A stretch of DNA of 38,837 nucleotides from an uncultured Candidatus Saccharibacteria bacterium (GTDB taxonomy: Bacteria; Patescibacteriota; Minisyncoccia; 2-02-FULL-40-12; GWA2-44-9), in assembly GCA_964479835.1 (NCBI GenBank), contig CAYZRE010000003.1, positions 1-38,837 on the forward strand, read 5' to 3'. The notes beneath the pieces are model-generated. The model was not told the origin of the DNA, searched no databases, and saw only the letters and a list, made by a program, of their open reading frames with translations. Below, one piece after another: positions 1 to 10,415 of this stretch. The translations under genes and the position numbers were made by a program. Positions within the stretch are counted from its first letter, which is position 1, and each line of letters starts with the position of its first letter.

Positions 1-1
1 G

Positions 2-1030
2 AGAGACGACATACGCATCGTCACGACAAAAGCATACTTCTGGCACTCACACTACCCGCTTATCGGGGGAATTCTCAAATGCTTGATGCCGGGAATCGGC
101 CGCATCCTGAAGCGCAACTCCCGTCCCGGAGATGTCCTGTTCACAGCCACTGAACCGAATCTTCTTTCGACGCTTTACAATGCTATTCTTGCCCGTCGGT
201 ACGGCCTCAAGCATATCATCTATACAGACCAGAATGTGTCGTATCGACAGAGGCTAACGGGCCTAAAACTTCGCTTTGTTGAGTGGATTGTACGGACCAA
301 TGTGGCGATGGCGGAAAAAGTGGTCTGTAGCAACCGCAAGGCCCTTCAGATTCTATTAGGGTACACTGTGGACACGAACAAATTCGTGCTCATTCCTCAA
401 ACAGGTGTAGATACATCCCTTTTCCATCCGGAGGCGACGGGGACTTGGCGATCAGAGTACGGTCTCCAGGACAAGACAGTGTTTGCATTTGCCGGCATGC
501 TGGAGGTTCGTAAGGGCATTATGGAGGTGATATCCGCATTTTCTGATGCGCGTAAGCAGGCGTCTGACATCGCTCTGGTATTTGTTGGGTTCGGGCCGGA
601 AAAATCCCGCGCCGAGGCATATGCCGCCGAGCACAACTTAGGGAATTCGGTTGTGTTCATTGATTTTGTTCCGAATGAAGAGTTACCGCGCCTGTTCAGT
701 TTCATTGATGTGTTCGTGTGTTATTCTCTGCCCTATCAGGGATGGGAAGAACAACTTGGCTATAGCATGCGGGAATCTCTGGCATCGGGCATTCCGGTCA
801 TCTCAACACGCACCGGCTCTATCGACGAAATCATCATTGATGGATCAAATGGGATTCTGGTCGAACCCTATGACCATCACGCGCTGGTGATGGCGATGGT
901 GAAGCTTGCCAGTGATAGCCGGTTGCGTTCGGAGATGGGTCACACTGCTCGCACATATGCGACGGAACACTTTTCCTACGAGGTCATTGCCTTGCGGTTG
1001 GAAAAGTTTTTCGACTCACTCATCGCATGA
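2..1030 (+). CDS. Glycosyltransferase family 4 (GT-B), 5'-truncated by window edge
   Basis: Frame is open from position 2 (RDDIRIVTTKAYFW...), upstream of the listed ORF start at 83. GT4 C-terminal motifs FAGMLEVRKG, EQLGYSMRESLASGIPVISTRTG and NGILV. Confidence 0.9.
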   Translation, partial: RDDIRIVTTKAYFWHSHYPLIGGILKCLMPGIGRILKRNSRPGDVLFTATEPNLLSTLYNAILARRYGLKHIIYTDQNVSYRQRLTGLKLRFVEWIVRTNVAMAEKVVCSNRKALQILLGYTVDTNKFVLIPQTGVDTSLFHPEATGTWRSEYGLQDKTVFAFAGMLEVRKGIMEVISAFSDARKQASDIALVFVGFGPEKSRAEAYAAEHNLGNSVVFIDFVPNEELPRLFSFIDVFVCYSLPYQGWEEQLGYSMRESLASGIPVISTRTGSIDEIIIDGSNGILVEPYDHHALVMAMVKLASDSRLRSEMGHTARTYATEHFSYEVIALRLEKFFDSLIA

Positions 1031-2172
1031 AACCCTCCCTCGAAATATTCTATGTGCTCAACGCCCGGTGGCCGACCATCCGGGCCTATGGTCTTCAGGT
1101 GGCCAAGACATGCGAGGGCTTTAAGCAGGCGGGTACCCCTGTCCACCTGGTAGTGCCACGCCGAACCGAGTATGAACAGACAAAAGGTGCGGACCCCCTC
1201 GTCTGGTACGGCATCCGGGACCGGTTCCGGTTCACCTACCTTCCTTCGCTGGATGTCCTGCATCTGGGGTTCGGAGGGAAGATTGCTTTTGTTGTCCAAC
1301 AGACGCTGTTTGGTCTTCTGGCCGCTTGTGCGCTGATGTTCAAAAAAGGCGTCATCTACTCCCGTGACCAGTTCACTCTATATCTGTTGAGTTTTTTTAG
1401 GCGCAGCATTTTTTGGGAGGTGCATCGGTTTCCGGAGGATACCGGCGCACTCATGTACCGCCAGCTCATGGCCCGGGTTTCGGGTATCGTCTGTATCAGC
1501 GAAGGTCTCCGCAAAAAATTTCTAGAGCAAGGGGTTTCGTCTGCTAAACTTCTTGTCGCTCCCGATGGCATTGATACCGCAGAGTTTGAGATTTCTCACA
1601 GTCAGCTGGATGCCCAGCAGGAACTGGGCCTCGATTCTTCAAAGCATATCGTGATGTACACCGGGCACTTATTGGAATGGAAGGGTGTGGAGACACTAGT
1701 CGCTGCGGCTCAACTACTGGACGACCGTTTCCAGATTGTTGTCGTCGGCGGAACTGACCGTGAGGTAGCCCGACTGAAGAGCTCTGGCGGTGCCGGTAAG
1801 GTGCATTGGGTACCGTTTCAGCCGCACGCCCGTATACCGCTCTGGCTACGGGCCGCGGACACTGTTATCCTGCCTAACAAGCGGGATGGTGGAATCTCGG
1901 AGTTCTATACCTCTCCGCTGAAGATGTTCGAATATATGGCGGCGGGTAAGTGTATCGTCGCTTCCGACCTCCCCTCTATCCGCGAGGTACTCAACGAATC
2001 CAATGCCATTCTGGTTCACCCCGATGACCCGCGGGCACTGGCGGAAGGCATCACGCGCTCGGCCCAGGAGGAAGAGGCGTCGCGTGCGCGGGCCGAGCGC
2101 GCACGGCAGGATGCCGAGCGTTATACATGGATAAAGCGCGGCAGGGCTATAATAAACTTCATAACGCAATGA
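1027..2172 (+). CDS. Glycosyltransferase family 4
   Basis: YTGHLLEWKGVE, SPLKMFEYMAAGKCIVASDLP. ATGA overlap with the upstream stop. Confidence 0.92.
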   Translation: MKPSLEIFYVLNARWPTIRAYGLQVAKTCEGFKQAGTPVHLVVPRRTEYEQTKGADPLVWYGIRDRFRFTYLPSLDVLHLGFGGKIAFVVQQTLFGLLAACALMFKKGVIYSRDQFTLYLLSFFRRSIFWEVHRFPEDTGALMYRQLMARVSGIVCISEGLRKKFLEQGVSSAKLLVAPDGIDTAEFEISHSQLDAQQELGLDSSKHIVMYTGHLLEWKGVETLVAAAQLLDDRFQIVVVGGTDREVARLKSSGGAGKVHWVPFQPHARIPLWLRAADTVILPNKRDGGISEFYTSPLKMFEYMAAGKCIVASDLPSIREVLNESNAILVHPDDPRALAEGITRSAQEEEASRARAERARQDAERYTWIKRGRAIINFITQ

Positions 2173-2819
2173 GCTGGCTTACAGAAAAAATATCGCGGGA
2201 CAGACTCGATGTTCTTGTGGCGCCACACGCAACGAATCAGCGAACGCTCGAGGTGGGCTCTTATGGCAGGCCTCGGTATGGTCGTTTTTTCTCGAACCGT
2301 ATCGGTATCGATATTCGTGAGGGTCCCGGTGTCGATCGCGTCGCGAATGTCTATGAACTTCCATTCCGTGAAGGCGAGTTTGATGTTGTTCTCTGCATGG
2401 TCATCTTGGAACATCTTAAAGAACCGGCGCGAGCAATTGCCGAGATGAGGCGGGTCCTAAAACAGGGGGGTCGCATTATCGTGTCAGTACCATTCATACT
2501 TCCAATGCACGACACTCCCGGGGATTACTGGCGGTTTACCAAGTATGGCCTCCAGTACCTCTTTGCAGATGGTTGGAATATTCAAGAGCTCAAAGGTGAA
2601 ACCACAACCCAAGAATCACTTGCTGTCTTTCTGCAACGGTTATCGTATCAGACAAAAGCAAGGTTCAATGGTCCGACGAAGCTCTTTCTCCTGTTGATGG
2701 CGCGGTTATTATCGGTAATGCCAAACATGTTTCCACATGTCTTTGGTAATATACAAAAAACGATAGATGAACCGGACGCATTTGCAAGCAGTTTTTTCCT
2801 AGTGGCAACAAAATCCTAG
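2169..2819 (+). CDS. Class I SAM-dependent methyltransferase (Methyltransf_11-like)
   Basis: LEVGSYG motif I, LPFREGEFDVVLC..ILEH, H..PGDYWRFT. Start placed at ATG 2169, which overlaps the upstream TGA. Confidence 0.88.
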   Translation: MSWLTEKISRDRLDVLVAPHATNQRTLEVGSYGRPRYGRFFSNRIGIDIREGPGVDRVANVYELPFREGEFDVVLCMVILEHLKEPARAIAEMRRVLKQGGRIIVSVPFILPMHDTPGDYWRFTKYGLQYLFADGWNIQELKGETTTQESLAVFLQRLSYQTKARFNGPTKLFLLLMARLLSVMPNMFPHVFGNIQKTIDEPDAFASSFFLVATKS

Positions 2820-2822
2820 CCC

Positions 2823-4442
2823 GTGCTCACTTCGCTTGAGACCATCCCAAAAGACCGCACCCTCTCCTACGATCTCTGCATCATCGGTACGGGTCCCGCT
2901 GGTATTACGCTAGCAACCGAACTGGCGGATTCGGGTATGCGTATCTGTATGCTGGAAAGTGGTGGTCTGCAAAAAACTGCGCGTGGCAATGAGCTCCGGC
3001 GGGTAGTGAGCACCGGAATCAGCATCAAGGAGCACTCCCGTGAGCGCGCCGTCGGGGGGACATCAACAACATGGTCGGGCCTGTCATCCGCACTGGATCC
3101 TGTCGATCTGGGCCCACGGTCATATGTGGCTGCTTCGGGCTGGCCGCTTCTATACGAAGAACTCCGTTCCTATTGGGAAGTCGCTGCGCTGCGGTATCGT
3201 TTTCCTGCGCATCCCCTATTCCGAGCGTTCAAGAATTTACGCAATCGAGGTAAACTACAGCCTCGATGGGAGAATATCAGCGAGAAAGTTTTTTTAGCTC
3301 CCGCGGAGCCCCCGCGTTTTGGAACGGAATGGAAAGGAACATTCCAGCGTGAGAATGTGGATGTAGTATGCCACGCGACGGTTACGAAGCTCTGTGGTGC
3401 GACGGGGCGAGTGGACTATGCGGTGGTCGTATCTGATACGAAGGAGCAGTACCGTATTCATGCGAAGGTATTTGTGCTCGCTGCGGGCGGGATTGAAAAT
3501 TCACGGCTTCTCCTGGCATCGGGCATGGGCAACGAGCATGACCAGGTGGGGCGATATTTTATGAACCATCTGAAGAATAATTACGGTATTATTACACTCC
3601 ATACACCACTCGGAGATTGCCCATACTACTTCGGCTGTTTGAGTGATGGATTTGCGGGCTATGCCGGGCTCCGGCTTTCCGAAGATGTCCAACGGAGCCG
3701 GGGAGTGCTGAACTCCTATGTTCGACTGGAGCCGCTTTTCCCATGGTCCGGCAACGATGGCGTCGCAAGTGCTGTTTTTTTATTCAAGCAGATGGAGAGT
3801 GTATTTCGGGCGTGGAAGAAAAACCAATCGGGGAAAGTAGTGTCACTCCGTGATTACGCAGAAACGGGCGACGACACACCGCTCCAGGAGTCCTCGCCAG
3901 GGAGGGCAACGGCAAAAGCCGTGTTTTCTGTCATTGCACATATGTCGAGCGTGGCGCGATACATGTATGCAAGATTGGTCTCCAAGGAGTCGCCACTAAT
4001 CCGTTCGATTCGCGTAAGAAATTTCATGGAGATGGAGCCATGTGCGGAGAACCGAGTGATACTCGGCGAAACCCGAGATGTGTATGGGCAACTCGTTCCA
4101 CGAGTACACCATGTACCGAGTGCACTGGATCGCCAATCGTTAATCGAACTACACCACACGCTCGACAAAGAAATTCGTGCGCAAGGAATAGGAGTGCTCG
4201 ATAGCAAGCTGGATTCTGTGTTACCATGGCCGATTAATCAAGATTCCAGCCACCACCTCGGAGGAACCCGCATGGGGGTGGATCCGATGACTTCGGTGGT
4301 CGACCCGAACCTGCGCGTGCACACTGTGGATAATCTTTACTGTGCTGGTGGGTCGGTGTTTCCCACAAGCGGGTGTGCGAATCCGACATTTACGATATGC
4401 GCGTTATCCATTCGGCTTGCAGAACACCTTCGAAAACAATGA
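2823..4442 (+). CDS. GMC-family FAD-dependent oxidoreductase
   Basis: GTGPAG dinucleotide fold, VGGTSTTWSG, VLAAGGIENSRLLL, VGRYFMNH, HHLGGTRMG, FPTSGCANPT. GTG start. Confidence 0.92.
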   Translation: MLTSLETIPKDRTLSYDLCIIGTGPAGITLATELADSGMRICMLESGGLQKTARGNELRRVVSTGISIKEHSRERAVGGTSTTWSGLSSALDPVDLGPRSYVAASGWPLLYEELRSYWEVAALRYRFPAHPLFRAFKNLRNRGKLQPRWENISEKVFLAPAEPPRFGTEWKGTFQRENVDVVCHATVTKLCGATGRVDYAVVVSDTKEQYRIHAKVFVLAAGGIENSRLLLASGMGNEHDQVGRYFMNHLKNNYGIITLHTPLGDCPYYFGCLSDGFAGYAGLRLSEDVQRSRGVLNSYVRLEPLFPWSGNDGVASAVFLFKQMESVFRAWKKNQSGKVVSLRDYAETGDDTPLQESSPGRATAKAVFSVIAHMSSVARYMYARLVSKESPLIRSIRVRNFMEMEPCAENRVILGETRDVYGQLVPRVHHVPSALDRQSLIELHHTLDKEIRAQGIGVLDSKLDSVLPWPINQDSSHHLGGTRMGVDPMTSVVDPNLRVHTVDNLYCAGGSVFPTSGCANPTFTICALSIRLAEHLRKQ

Positions 4443-5500
4443 ACATCTGCATTCTCGCACACGATGACAATCCGAAGGGTGGCGGTGGCCGTTATGCGGG
4501 GCAGCTTGTTGCGGCATTGCAACGCCGTGGCCACCAGACGGTGCTTCTTACGGAGGTCGGGGGCGCACTGCCAATCCTACGCCGAAAAATAGGTATTATC
4601 GGCGCAGCGTTTCGTACCATCCGGTATCTGCGAAAGTGCGATATCATCCACGCCCTCGATGTATATCCAAACGGTGTTATCGCGTGGCTGGCGAACCTGA
4701 TCACGCATAAGCCACTCATTCTTACGGTACATGGGACATACTCAATAGCACCTTTGAGTAGTCCGTATCTCGGATGGCTGGTGCGGCGTATTTATAGTTC
4801 CGCTGATTTGATTGTTTCGATTAGCTCTTATAATGTCTCACGTATTCGCGAGCGCGTTCCCGATGCGCATATCATTGTCATTAACCCGGGGATTGTCACT
4901 TCCGAGCATCAGCAAAACAAAACAAAAACCGAAATTCCTCTTCGTATCATTTCGGTCGGCGGATTAAAAATGCGCAAAGGATACCACATCTCAATTGAAG
5001 CATTTGCACGGGCTCGCGAACGAATTCCGGGCCTGCAGTATGTCATTGTAGGTGATCAGCGAGATGTGCCGTATTTCTTGCGTTTGCAAAATCTGGTTAA
5101 CAAATATGGACTACAGGATGCCGTCATCTTCCGCCAGCATATTACCGAAGAAGAACTTAAAAAAGAATACCATCGCGCAGGGCTGTTCATTCTCTTGTCC
5201 GTGAATGAAGAAGACCACTTTGAAGGATTTGGTCTCGTATTCCTCGAAGCTGCCATTTCGGGATTGCCAGTTATTGGCACGCTCGGCAATGGCATTGAGG
5301 ATGCAGTGAGTTCAGAGAATGGCGTTCTTGTACCACAACGGGATGCTACGGCAGCTGCCGATGCCATCATTAATATTCTGAGTGATGAGTCGCGATGGCG
5401 TGCAATGTCGGAGGCAAGTATTGCTTGGGCACGGCAACACGACATGGATTCGGTCATCTCTCAATATGAGCAGGCCTACAGGTCTATTCTGCGCTTATGA
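4439..5500 (+). CDS. Glycosyltransferase family 4
   Basis: SVGGLKMRKG, EGFGLVFLEAAISGLPVIG. Start at ATG 4439 (MNICILAHDD), an ATGA overlap. Confidence 0.92.
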   Translation: MNICILAHDDNPKGGGGRYAGQLVAALQRRGHQTVLLTEVGGALPILRRKIGIIGAAFRTIRYLRKCDIIHALDVYPNGVIAWLANLITHKPLILTVHGTYSIAPLSSPYLGWLVRRIYSSADLIVSISSYNVSRIRERVPDAHIIVINPGIVTSEHQQNKTKTEIPLRIISVGGLKMRKGYHISIEAFARARERIPGLQYVIVGDQRDVPYFLRLQNLVNKYGLQDAVIFRQHITEEELKKEYHRAGLFILLSVNEEDHFEGFGLVFLEAAISGLPVIGTLGNGIEDAVSSENGVLVPQRDATAAADAIINILSDESRWRAMSEASIAWARQHDMDSVISQYEQAYRSILRL

Positions 5501-6399
5501 CGAGAAACATATGTATTATCGATGGCAATGGGGGACGCCTTCTCACCGAACAGTTCGAGTGGCGGTATCTACGATGTCTGCAATGCGGTCTCCGCTGGGT
5601 TGCCAATACCCCGACCGCAGAACAGCTCGGGGAGATTTATAGTCCGGTATCGGGCTATCAACGGCACCATGCGCGACAGGCGGTTGACCGAGCAAACCCG
5701 CACTATCGAATGTTGATACATCTTGCTACGCAAACGAAACCGTCACCGGCGCGTGTGCTCGATGTGGGGTGCTCGGCGGGGGATGTGGCGGTGCCACTTC
5801 TGGAGCGCGGATACATTGTCGATGGTATCGAACCGAATGCGACGACGGCCGTCGTCGCATCGGGGCGTGGAGTCAATATCGTCGGTGCCGATATCGATAA
5901 TCTTCCCGGCGATGTGCAGTATGACCTGATTATCGCGTCAGAGGTCATCGAACATGTGCCCGAACCCGATGAGTTCCTAGCGCGTATTCGTCGGGGGCTT
6001 GCGCCTAACGGGGTACTCATCCTCTCAACCCCTAATACCGCGAGCTGGTTTGCGCGCATGACCGAACGCGTTTCTCCTCTCGTCGGCGTTCCGGTTTCCT
6101 ATCTGACAGCTCCCTACCACCTCACCTACTTCAATCCGCAGACACTCCGCATGCTCCTCTCCAAGCACGGACTTCGGGCTGACAAGTTCCGTTTCCGACC
6201 CGGGCCCGGGCTTCGCTATGAACTTGGTAACCTTCACCTCTGGGGAGCATTCAAACGCAATCGAAGCGTCGGCTCGTTCATTCGGATGTTGTTTGGGTTC
6301 TCGGTCACCACTATACTATGGTGCATTGACCGTATCGCCGTGGCGGGGAGTATTCCGGGATTCCAAATGTATGTGATAGCATCGGTAGTGGATGTCTAA
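5497..6399 (+). CDS. Class I SAM-dependent methyltransferase with N-terminal Zn-ribbon-like segment (Methyltransf_23-like)
   Basis: CLQCG, VLDVGCSAG, YDLIIASEVIEHVPEP, L.PNGVLILSTPN, HLTYF. Confidence 0.88.
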   Translation: MTRNICIIDGNGGRLLTEQFEWRYLRCLQCGLRWVANTPTAEQLGEIYSPVSGYQRHHARQAVDRANPHYRMLIHLATQTKPSPARVLDVGCSAGDVAVPLLERGYIVDGIEPNATTAVVASGRGVNIVGADIDNLPGDVQYDLIIASEVIEHVPEPDEFLARIRRGLAPNGVLILSTPNTASWFARMTERVSPLVGVPVSYLTAPYHLTYFNPQTLRMLLSKHGLRADKFRFRPGPGLRYELGNLHLWGAFKRNRSVGSFIRMLFGFSVTTILWCIDRIAVAGSIPGFQMYVIASVVDV

Positions 6400-7120
6400 T
6401 GCTCACATGACTTCTCGAATCACCATTATCATTCCGACATATAACGAAGCGCAGAACATCACACCTCTGCTTGCATTAGTCAGAACGGCAGCCCCGAGCG
6501 CCGCTATTCTCGTTGTCGACGACTCCTCACCTGATGGGACAGCTGAAATAGCACGCAGACATGCCGTCGGTGAAAGCGCGGTGCAGGTGCTTATCCGCGC
6601 ACAGCGTCAAGGACTCGGAAAGGCGTATGAGCATGCGTTCCGATTTGTTCGTGATGCTGGTGGGACGGATTATGCGCTGATGATGGACGCTGATTTCTCA
6701 CACAATCCGAAGTACATTCCGAAACTTCTTGAGTACGCCTCTCCTGGCACGGTAGTTATGGGCTCTCGGTATGTTGGCCATGGCTCAGGCACCCGTGGTT
6801 GGGAATTATGGCGGCGGATATTAAGCCGCTTCGGGAACCTCTACTGCCGACTAGTGACTGGTCTTCCGGTCCATGACTGCACGGCGGGATTTATGCTGGT
6901 CCCGGTGCACTATCTGACCGATACTCTCTTGTCGCAGCTGGATTCATCCGGCTATGCGTTTCTCATGGAGCTCAAGTATCTGTTATGGAAGTCGGGAGCG
7001 CAATTTCGTGAAGTACCAATTGTTTTCGCTAATCGTCGGGAAGGGGAATCAAAGATATCCAATCATATCATCGGAGAGGGACTTATGGCGCCGTGGCGGA
7101 TGATATTTAAACGAAGATGA
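6392..7120 (+). CDS. GT2 polyprenol-monophosphomannose synthase-like (DPM1/Ppm1-like) glycosyltransferase
   Basis: IIIPTYNEAQNI, VVDDSSPDGT, MDADFSHNP, GSRYV, DCTAGF, GYAFLME, NRREGESK. Alternative start at ATG 6407. Confidence 0.92.
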   Translation: MSNAHMTSRITIIIPTYNEAQNITPLLALVRTAAPSAAILVVDDSSPDGTAEIARRHAVGESAVQVLIRAQRQGLGKAYEHAFRFVRDAGGTDYALMMDADFSHNPKYIPKLLEYASPGTVVMGSRYVGHGSGTRGWELWRRILSRFGNLYCRLVTGLPVHDCTAGFMLVPVHYLTDTLLSQLDSSGYAFLMELKYLLWKSGAQFREVPIVFANRREGESKISNHIIGEGLMAPWRMIFKRR

Positions 7121-7968
7121 AGAATTGTATTATTTGCGACCGCGACGCGTGCGTACCGTCACACCGACAGGGCGCGTTCACCTATGTCCGTTGTACCGCA
7201 TGCGGGACATTCGCGCTTCGGCCCATGCCCGTCGATACGCGCGACCTCTATAGCGACGATTACTTCTCGGGAGCGACTCGTGGGTATGGTTATGTTGACT
7301 ACGCATCGGACAAGGAGCCAATGCGTCCGGTGTTCAATCGCTTTATGAAGCGCATTGAAGTTCGTCATCCTCGTCACGGTGCTCTCTTAGATGTGGGTGC
7401 AGCCGACGGGTTTTTTACTCTGTTGGCACAAGAACGCGGGTGGCGGGTATCGGGTGTTGAAGTCTCTGACGCTGCAGCATCCCGTGCACGCGTTCGGGGG
7501 CTGGATATTCAAACCGGCGGTCTGGACGCAGTGCCGACCGGGAGTCGTTTTGATGTTATCACTCTCTGGGATGTCATCGAGCATATTCCCGATCCGGTGG
7601 CCGCAATGGCTCGCGTTAGAGACCTCCTAGCCCCTGGTGGCACCGTGGTACTTACGACTCCTGATGCTGGGAGCGTCTGGGCGCGGCTGATGGGGCGGCG
7701 ATGGCACGCATTCGTGCCACCAGAACATGTCTGCTTGATGGGCGATACTGCACTCCGAGCTTTAGCTAGTCGAACTGGATTCAGGGTGCTGGTTTCAGAA
7801 GGTATATCAAAACGGTTCACCGTCGCATATGTGCTCTCAGTGGTTAGGCATTGGTTGGGGCGGGGAGCCGTGCAGTCATCTTGGTTAGCAGGCAGTGTAC
7901 TGGGAAGAATACCATTACGAATCCCGATTAGAGATAACCGTTTTATGCTGCTCCAAGCCGATGTCTAA
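7117..7968 (+). CDS. Class I SAM-dependent methyltransferase with N-terminal CxxC...CxxC Zn ribbon
   Basis: CIIC...CTAC, LLDVGAADG, FDVITLWDVIEHIPDP, TTPD, PPEH. Confidence 0.88.
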   Translation: MKNCIICDRDACVPSHRQGAFTYVRCTACGTFALRPMPVDTRDLYSDDYFSGATRGYGYVDYASDKEPMRPVFNRFMKRIEVRHPRHGALLDVGAADGFFTLLAQERGWRVSGVEVSDAAASRARVRGLDIQTGGLDAVPTGSRFDVITLWDVIEHIPDPVAAMARVRDLLAPGGTVVLTTPDAGSVWARLMGRRWHAFVPPEHVCLMGDTALRALASRTGFRVLVSEGISKRFTVAYVLSVVRHWLGRGAVQSSWLAGSVLGRIPLRIPIRDNRFMLLQADV

Positions 7969-10411
7969 ATTATCGCCACTAATGCAACGGCGCCTGCTCT
8001 CCTGGGGCGTATTTCTGTTGCCAGTTGCTGTTCTATCGTTCATCTTCCGGAGTACATTGTTCGCTTCGGCGATTCCGTCCCATCTCGATGTACTTTTGAA
8101 CTACATGCCTTACTACCACTCAATGGCTGCCGGCGGTGCAGTCGTGAAGGCCGGTATCATCTCCGGATTCCCGATACTGTTGTCTGTCTCAACAACCTGG
8201 TTCAATCCGCTCAACACCTTCCTTTTTCGGTTCGTTGATGCCTTCGACGCGTTCAGATTACTCGATATCTTCTACATACTTGGTGCATATGCAGTGACAT
8301 ATGGCTTCGCACGGCATCTTAAACTCTCGCATGCCGCGTCAGCACTTGCCGGACTCGTCTATCTCTGTGCAGGGCAGGTGATGCTTTGGAGTGGAACCAT
8401 CATCATCGCGGGGTACTATATCGTGCTTCCTGGTACCGCGTGGCTGTTAGCCGTTGCCGCAGAACGCGCCGGCTGGCGGCGACTTACAGCATGCGTTGCG
8501 GCAGGTGTGTTGCTAGGGCTTGGTTGGCGTATGGGTCATGTACAGTTTCTTATCTATGCACACGGGTTCGTTGCTGCATACTGGCTATATCTGGGGTGGC
8601 GTGCCCGTGCAACATCCAGCGCGTACCACTGGCTCCGTTGGGGAGCGCTCATGCTCCTCATGTTCACGATATCATTCGCGGTCGGCGCCGCGCAGATTCT
8701 GCCAATCCTTGAGTTCGTCAGTGTGACTGATAGGTCTGGGGGTGTATCTCTCCCCATGGCTTTTGCGCATGCCTACCTACCGTACCATTTGATTCACTAT
8801 CTTCTGCCATCGTTCGCACTGCCGGAACCCTTTCCGTACCGGACGGCCCTGCAAAACTACCTCGGTATCATTCCGCTGGCGCTGCTCATCATTGGGGCAG
8901 TGAATGCTCGTTCGGTAATTCGCCGATATCCGCAGGGGGCATTCTTCTTGGGTGCCGGACTCTTTTGTCTGCTGGCATCAATCCAATATTCGCCGATTGT
9001 CTACCTATTTCATATACTCCCTTTCCTGAAGACATTCCGGGAGGCCCCACGCATCATGTTTGTGGGTGATTTCGTACTCGCTCTCTTCATCGGGTACACT
9101 GTTGACTACATTGCCGAACACCGAGCCCAAATGGACTTACAGCTTCAGCGATTCTGGAGCTACGCCGTCCGTCTACTCGTGTGGGTTGTCGCACCGGTGG
9201 TTATTTTGGCAACACTTCTGCGGACCGTGTTGTTTGCCCAAGTTGAGGCACTCGCGCAACAGTATTTTATACTGTACCAATTGCCGAATCTGCGCGGCGG
9301 GTATTCGAAGGAGCATTATCTTGCCGTTCTGCACGACCGACTTGTCCAGATGATTGGTCAATTCAGTTTGACCGACTGGAATATTGTCGTCCTGCTTGTC
9401 GGCCTGTGTTCACTCCTGTGGCTGATACGCAGCGGCGTGACTGGCCGCAAGTTCGTTGTGTACGCGCTCTGCCTGACCGCTCTGAATTTCTCTTTGCAAT
9501 ATGTGAACCGATTGCATGCGATTGACCGCCAGTCGTACCTGACACCACCAGCGACCGCGCAATTCATTCTCGCAGAGGAAGCGAGTAACTCCGAACCGTT
9601 TCGTATCTTCGCGCCACTCAATGACACCGCGCTCTTCGACGAATCAACGCGATGCCGGTTCCCTAAATACAGCGGCTGGGATATCTCGACAGACGAATTC
9701 GCGCTTCGACGCGAACTCCTGGAGCCCAACCTGCCCCTGCTCTACGGTCTTGAGTCGGCCGACGGTTACGAACCATACATGCCGTCGCGCACGGCTGATG
9801 TTATCGGATACGCCGGCTCCCGGTTCGATGACGCTAACCGGTTCGGAGCCAATCCAAACAGGCAATCTGGTACCATTGCTGACAATCTCGGTCTCTTCAC
9901 GCGCCGGCTGAATGTGCTCCGCATGATGAATGTGAAGTATGTTGTTTCACACTACCCATTATCATCGACCGAATTAACGCTTCGGCAATCAACAACGGTT
10001 GGCGCCTGTGAGTCGTCAGTGTTCATTTATGAACTCACTAAGCCATGGCCGCGCTACTTCGTTACTGATACTATAATTGGCGCAAACGGTGCAACCGAGT
10101 CGCAGAGATTCATCGACACCATGAACCGTATCGCGAGCGCATCGGCTCCGATTGCCGTCTTCGACGAGGACGCAGTGCCACCTTCACGGCTGCGTTCTAC
10201 GCAGGTCGTGCATCCTCAATTATCAGGGGATACCATGACATTCAATGTAATTGCATCGCATCCATCGGTACTCGTAGTCGGTAACCAGTGGCTACCGGGC
10301 TGGCGCGCGACCGTTGATGGCATACAAGCGGCTATTCGTCGTGTAAACTGGATGTACATGGCAGTTGAGGTGCCACAAGGTGCACATATGGTTATACTGC
10401 GCTATCAGTAA
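7961..10411 (+). CDS. YfhO-like multi-pass membrane protein (putative GT-C glycosyltransferase)
   Basis: Many TM helices, GHVQF, TDRSGG, YLGIIPL, and a C-terminal LVVGNQWLPGWRATVDG...VNWMYMAVEVPQGAHMVILRY typical of YfhO. Start placed at ATG 7961. Confidence 0.78.
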   Translation: MSKLSPLMQRRLLSWGVFLLPVAVLSFIFRSTLFASAIPSHLDVLLNYMPYYHSMAAGGAVVKAGIISGFPILLSVSTTWFNPLNTFLFRFVDAFDAFRLLDIFYILGAYAVTYGFARHLKLSHAASALAGLVYLCAGQVMLWSGTIIIAGYYIVLPGTAWLLAVAAERAGWRRLTACVAAGVLLGLGWRMGHVQFLIYAHGFVAAYWLYLGWRARATSSAYHWLRWGALMLLMFTISFAVGAAQILPILEFVSVTDRSGGVSLPMAFAHAYLPYHLIHYLLPSFALPEPFPYRTALQNYLGIIPLALLIIGAVNARSVIRRYPQGAFFLGAGLFCLLASIQYSPIVYLFHILPFLKTFREAPRIMFVGDFVLALFIGYTVDYIAEHRAQMDLQLQRFWSYAVRLLVWVVAPVVILATLLRTVLFAQVEALAQQYFILYQLPNLRGGYSKEHYLAVLHDRLVQMIGQFSLTDWNIVVLLVGLCSLLWLIRSGVTGRKFVVYALCLTALNFSLQYVNRLHAIDRQSYLTPPATAQFILAEEASNSEPFRIFAPLNDTALFDESTRCRFPKYSGWDISTDEFALRRELLEPNLPLLYGLESADGYEPYMPSRTADVIGYAGSRFDDANRFGANPNRQSGTIADNLGLFTRRLNVLRMMNVKYVVSHYPLSSTELTLRQSTTVGACESSVFIYELTKPWPRYFVTDTIIGANGATESQRFIDTMNRIASASAPIAVFDEDAVPPSRLRSTQVVHPQLSGDTMTFNVIASHPSVLVVGNQWLPGWRATVDGIQAAIRRVNWMYMAVEVPQGAHMVILRYQ

Positions 10412-10415
10412 GCTC

